A stretch of 53,980 bases of DNA, the filler included, from Bipalium vagum (Eukaryota), in the NCBI GenBank assembly GCA_037834085.1. It is 2 parts of 2 records of this genome, joined end to end, with 100 filler letters (N's around TTAATTAATTAA, not from the genome) between each part and the next. Parts side by side here need not be neighbours in the genome. Positions count along the whole stretch, not along the records: positions 22,412 to 53,980 come from JBBMKC010251341.1; 1 more part is not named here. One strand, 5' to 3'. Position numbers and translations under genes: made by a program. Positions within the stretch are counted from its first letter, which is position 1. Each line of letters opens with the position of its first letter. This document shows positions 49,117 to 53,980 of this stretch, one piece after another. Under the pieces are notes generated by a model. The model saw only the letters and a program-made list of their open reading frames with translations. It had not been told where the DNA came from and ran no database searches.

Positions 49117-50540
49117 TCATAAATCTGTTAACAATCTTCTCTTGAATAATAAATATGGGCATAAATAAGCATATAAATTATTAAATAAATTTTTCTCTAT
49201 TCCTATTTTGATCAAAATTGGTAGAATACTGTCGACTGTCAGTAGATTGTTCCAAGGTTGTGGATTAATAATATGTGAAGATGTAAGATGTGTTTGAACA
49301 AATTTATATAGACTAATTGTTTCAGAGGGATTAATATGCTCGTAACTTCAGGAATGACATGTAAATGAAAATATTATATTTTAAGTAAAATTGGTTAAAT
49401 ACTGAATCGGATTAAATCGAAAAATAAATCAAACATTTAGTTGAATAATGTAATCGAATTATTAACTAATATAACTACAAGGTGTCTATTATGTATGTTA
49501 ACATACTTTCATTTTAAGTATTTTAACAAACTAAAGCTATAAAGTATGTAATACTTTTTTAATTTGAATAACATATATTTAAAAAAAAATTCAATATGTA
49601 ATTATATAATTTAACGCCCGTCAATAGCTTAATCAAGACAGTATAATTAGAGCTGTCAGTCCAATTTTGGAGGTCTCTAAAGAAATTGAACCGCTCTTCG
49701 GAAAGTGCTGATTGCAAAGAGAGGAAAAAATGGTAATCCGAAGGAGCGATGTAGGGTGAATAGGGCGGTTGAGGTAAGATTGATAATAAGATAATAAAAA
49801 CATCTTTCTATGATAATATTCCTAAAGCTCCCAGATGTTTTGAAATGCATTGTTGATGCACATTTAATGCGACAGCCGGATCAGATTGTTTTTGGCACGG
49901 GTCTTCGTCCAACAGCCTTCTCAAATCTCTATCTTCACATTGTTTTTGTGGCTTCCCATGCTCCTTGTCGTTCGTATTATATTGGCCGGCAAAATTATAC
50001 TAAACCGGCAAAACCAATCTTTACATGTGGACATCGAAGGAGCATGTTCTCCATAGGTATCTCGAAGCAAGCGGTACGTTTCCGCTGCAGTTTTCTTGAC
50101 ATTAAAGTAAATTAGAATTACTTCCCGCAAATGTCGTTTATTTGCTATGAATATTGACATTTTAAATTGCTATAATATTTAAACAAGGAATGTTAAAACA
50201 ACTGTCTCGTGATATTAGTTATTATATGATGTTTTTGTTTAAAAATCAATGCCAACAAAATTTTTATTATCATTTAAAAAAAAGCCGGAGTCATAGTTGT
50301 ACACCTAATATTATTAATAATATTAATTAAATGTCATACATGCATGAGCGATGTGAACTTAAGCATACTCCTAATATTATAACAATTTTTGTTGACAGAT
50401 TATCTGAGAACAGTTTATGCCAATCATCTATTGTCTCTAAGTATGTAATTTTTGTTTAGTTTAGATAAAGAATCAAATCTACTAAACCACTATTTAATTC
50501 AATTGCTTTTATAATCTTTTCTTCTCGGTCTCTACTGGCA
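49117..50540 (-). CDS. Uncharacterised spliced gene, 5' end unresolved; exons ~50540-50488, 50436-50340, 49345-49117
   Basis: Phase-consistent splicing through a 51-nt GT-AG intron and a mariner-containing intron gives ...RDREEKIIKAIELNS-ETIDDWHKLFSDNLSTKIVIILGVCLSSHRSC-IYEHINPSETISLYKFVQTHL...LYAYLCPYLLFKRRLLTDL*. No start codon found. Confidence 0.45.
49650..50308 (-). mobile_element. Mariner 5' part, internally deleted
   Basis: HLREVILIYFNVKKTAAETYRLLRDTYGEHAPSMSTCKDWF (Mos1-type HTH); PPYSPYIAPSDYHF; TIR CCGGAGTCATAGTTGTACACCTAA followed by TA. Confidence 0.92.
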
Positions 50541-50913
50541 ATAAATCCACTTGTGAACCGGTTTCAAATAAAATTTTTCGAATTCGTTAGATTTTTCAAT
50601 TCAAAACGTCTGTTCAAATATTTTTATTCTAAAATAAATTCAATCAATGTGAGATTCAAAAGAACATGTTTTCAAGGAGGTCAAATTCATTTTTGAATTA
50701 AAATATAAAAATTAAAATTAAAAATAATATTCTCATTTATCAAATATTTTTTATATTACTTACTTATATTGCTTTATATTGCTTACTTTTTAATATAAAT
50801 GTTTGAAGGTTAATCCATGCCAAAACGAAAAATATTAATAAATTCTTTCTGTAATTGTTTTAAATCATTAATATAGAGTCACTAAAGTGTGAAAAGTTTA
50901 AATTGTTAGAATC

Positions 50914-51042
50914 ATGTTGAAGCCGAAAACATCTGCTATTGTTCATGATTATAAATTAACAAACGAAGCACTTGGTGTTGGGATAAGCGGAAAAGTTGTG
51001 ACATGTTTTAGAATTAAGGACAATAAAAAATGTGCTTTGAAG
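50914..51042 (+). CDS. MAPKAPK2: MAP kinase-activated protein kinase 2/3 family, exon 1 (gene continues beyond the window)
   Basis: MLKPKTSAIVHDYKLTNEALGVGISGKVVTCFRIKDNKKCALK|gt matches MK2 AIIDDYKVTSQVLGLGINGKV...FALK (Gly-rich loop and catalytic Lys), with a donor right after ALK. Confidence 0.85.
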
Positions 51043-53901
51043 GTATTTTTTAATTTATCGATTTATTGAATTTCATTATTGATTTATCATTAAAAGATAA
51101 AATTGTTTATAAAATAAAGCTCATCTCAAATTATTAAATCTGTGAAATATAAATTTTAATTTAAAACGTAAATATTATTATTTATTAATTTTTCTAAAAA
51201 TATAGTTAAATTTTATTTTTTTTATTATTTATAATATTTTTATTTTTACATTTTTATCGAACATTCATCAGTTTCTAATCTGAGCTTTCATTTTAGTGTC
51301 ATGAACATTCTGAGTGCAACTCAAAGTAAACATTGAATTTAAATCAATAATTAATAACAATAATAACAACAATTATTGATAATTTTAGTAATTTCTAATG
51401 ATATCAGGTGATAATTATAAATCTTTTTTGCTCTTTAATTGGTCTTTACAAAACTGAAAATTAAAATGAAAGAAAACTTTCAAAATCGATTTTATTTAGA
51501 ATGAAATTTTCTACATCTGATTACAATGAGGGTTTCATTTCATGGCGGTTATAAATTAAAATCAATAGTTAAATCTAAATTTAGAAAATGTGAAAATAAT
51601 TAATTTAGCTTAATTAATTAGTTTAATTTTTTTGTTATGAGAGAAACGGAAAATGTTTATTGACCGTAAAAATTGAACCTCAAAGGTTATGTGCACTTGG
51701 TAGTTTAATTTAATCGAATTTTTCATCTCCTTGATTATTGACCTTTATCATGAATATGTATTATATTAAGCTATAAATGGATATTTTTCAATGACAGTTT
51801 CAATGGAAAAGCCAAATACCACCTCTTATCATTATTTTATTTATAATTGACCTTACGATTTTTTTGACATTATTTTCCTTGATCTGATGGTTTGATGTTC
51901 TGTTTTGTGTTTGTCAATATTGGATAAGTGATTCTAATATTTAGTACATTAAATATATATGAGGGGTGTAATCAAACCATGGAAATTCTTAATTTTAAAT
52001 CATAAATGAAATTATTATAATTTTAAGGTATAAAAAATAATTCTTAAAAATTTAAATAAATAATATAAAATTAATTATAATTTATTTAATACAACATAAC
52101 GAATTATATTTATAATAATTAATAATTTTATAGTTTTAAGTGTGATATAGAAAATAAATTATTATATATATATTTGTAAATATTTGTTTTCTTCTGACTT
52201 GTTTTATTAATTTATTGATTATTTGATCGTCTTTAATTGTAATTGATATTAATTGAACTTGAATATAAAATAATTAATGAATAATAATAAAATGGAATTT
52301 CCATAGCTTAATAATACAGAATTTATTCAGATTTGTGATTTCAGAAGTTAATAAATAATAAAAACTTATGGACCATAAAACTACTTATACTGATGTGGGG
52401 ATCACACCAAGATGGATCTCCGGTATACAAAAGATTTGAAGTTTTTATTATTTTCATTTAAAATAAATATTCGGTTATGGCAGATTTTGAGAAAATGTTA
52501 TTCCATCTAAGGATATTTTTTTGTAGTTAAAATGAAAACGATATTATTATTATTATTATTTATTATTATTATTATCTTTTTTATTTATTTTTACAATCTT
52601 TTGAAATTAAAGGAAATTTTTATTGATATCAAGGTATAACATTAAGCTATATATTTACATTATTCAATATTTTCACCAGCCTCTACAATGTACATGTAAT
52701 ATGTGTGTGAATTAATTTCCGGAATGTTGTTCAGAAATAAGTAAAATAAATAATATTGATCACAAGAAATAAGCACACATTTATTGTCAGATATATTGTT
52801 CACCACTTGCAGCCGCATACTCTCATCTATTGATATTGTGATAATGATTTCTGAATCATTCTGTTACATGGTCGAAATGTTGCGGAGGCAGAAAAAAACG
52901 TAATCCAGGTATGGAGTGATCAAACAATCTTAAACATTGAGCATGGATCAAGATGAACGTCAAAAAATAATTTCCTAAGCAAGTATCACGCCCGAAAAAA
53001 ATCGACAGCAATAGCAACAGCCAACGTTAGTCAATCGAAGAGTCCCCTGTTTCAAAACGTTTTGTCAGACAACAAAAATCTACTAGAGAAAAATTGTATA
53101 GCATTAGATTTGAAACACTCCACATTTACCAAACAGTTCGAATTTTTCAGACAAATGGATATATATATATATATATATGTTCAAAATGAAAAAGATGTAA
53201 AAAAACGGCTTCGAGAATCTTTTCACTTATAGAAGTTCAGTATTTTATACAGTGGAAATACATATGCTTACTTCCGGTAAGTAGTAGAAGTGTCTGAATT
53301 CAAAAAGATTATATTTGCTGAGAATCAATCATTATTCAATGGACTAATCAATCAGGGGATTGTATGACTTGACGGTGTAAAATAATGGATTCAGAAAAAC
53401 AACTGTTCAATTTTATGGCGAAAGTATTGATTTATGAAGTATTGATTAAAGAAATTCAAATCAACCTGAAGTTCACGAAGATTTGATTGGCATTTTAAAT
53501 TATACTGATATTGAAGAGGATGAAAATTTTGAAGGATTTCATTGAATAGACCTCTTTATTGACTTTGATCTCAAAATAACCCTAATTGAAGTACTATAGC
53601 GTAATACATCATTGATTATTATTATTTTTTGAATAACCGCACAATACATTTTTATGATAAAAGAGAGTTTCATGTAACCCGCGGATTACCTTGAAGACTT
53701 TAGGGTATTTGAAACTAATTATTGTAAAATTTATAAAGTTTTACAATTAAAAAACATCATTAAACCACGCTCTTCTCAAGTAGTTCTTTTTTCAGGCTTT
53801 TTGAAAAGATTAAATCGCTGTTTACAATTGAAGAATAAAATAAATATACCTTTGTCTTCATTAATAAAGAAAATTAATTGTAGTTATGTTGACAATTATT
53901 A

Positions 53902-53904
<3 letters not shown>

Positions 53905-53980
<76 letters not shown>
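53905..53980. repeat. (TTA)n microsatellite
   Basis: About 25 near-perfect TTA units. Shorter tracts at 30361-30397 and 52542-52573. Confidence 0.95.

Noticed and set aside
1-53980. Non-standard genetic code or prokaryotic origin
   Set aside because: Gene models close with standard stops (TGA, TAA) and GT-AG introns. In-frame stops are seen in transposon and viral fossils, not in the modelled exons.

Overview
Very AT-rich eukaryotic genomic DNA, probably from an invertebrate animal. It has short GT-AG introns (about 31-80 nt) alongside longer transposon-filled introns. I could build these host genes by hand: MICU1 (+, 307-7931, 8 exons), APH-1 gamma-secretase subunit (-, 12880-11737), a divergent AMBRA1 (-, 42967-24747, about 11 exons including a candidate 5-nt microexon), an intronless ARL6IP1-like gene (+, 47785-48273), a small uncharacterised spliced gene (-, about 50540-49117) and exon 1 of a MAPKAPK2-family kinase (+, 50914-51042). 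Intergenic and intronic DNA carries many decayed mobile elements: mariner/Tc1 fragments and MITEs, a near full-length Merlin (IS1595-like) element with TIRs, two Ty3/Gypsy remnants (one with LTR and tRNA-Trp-type PBS), and a fossil Polinton/adintovirus-like penton plus major capsid module (about 9.8-10.9 kb) that the ORF track misses. A 100-bp artificial spacer at 22312-22411 and an N gap at 39358-39489 limit inferences about linkage. All homology calls come from recalled family motifs; no database searches were run.
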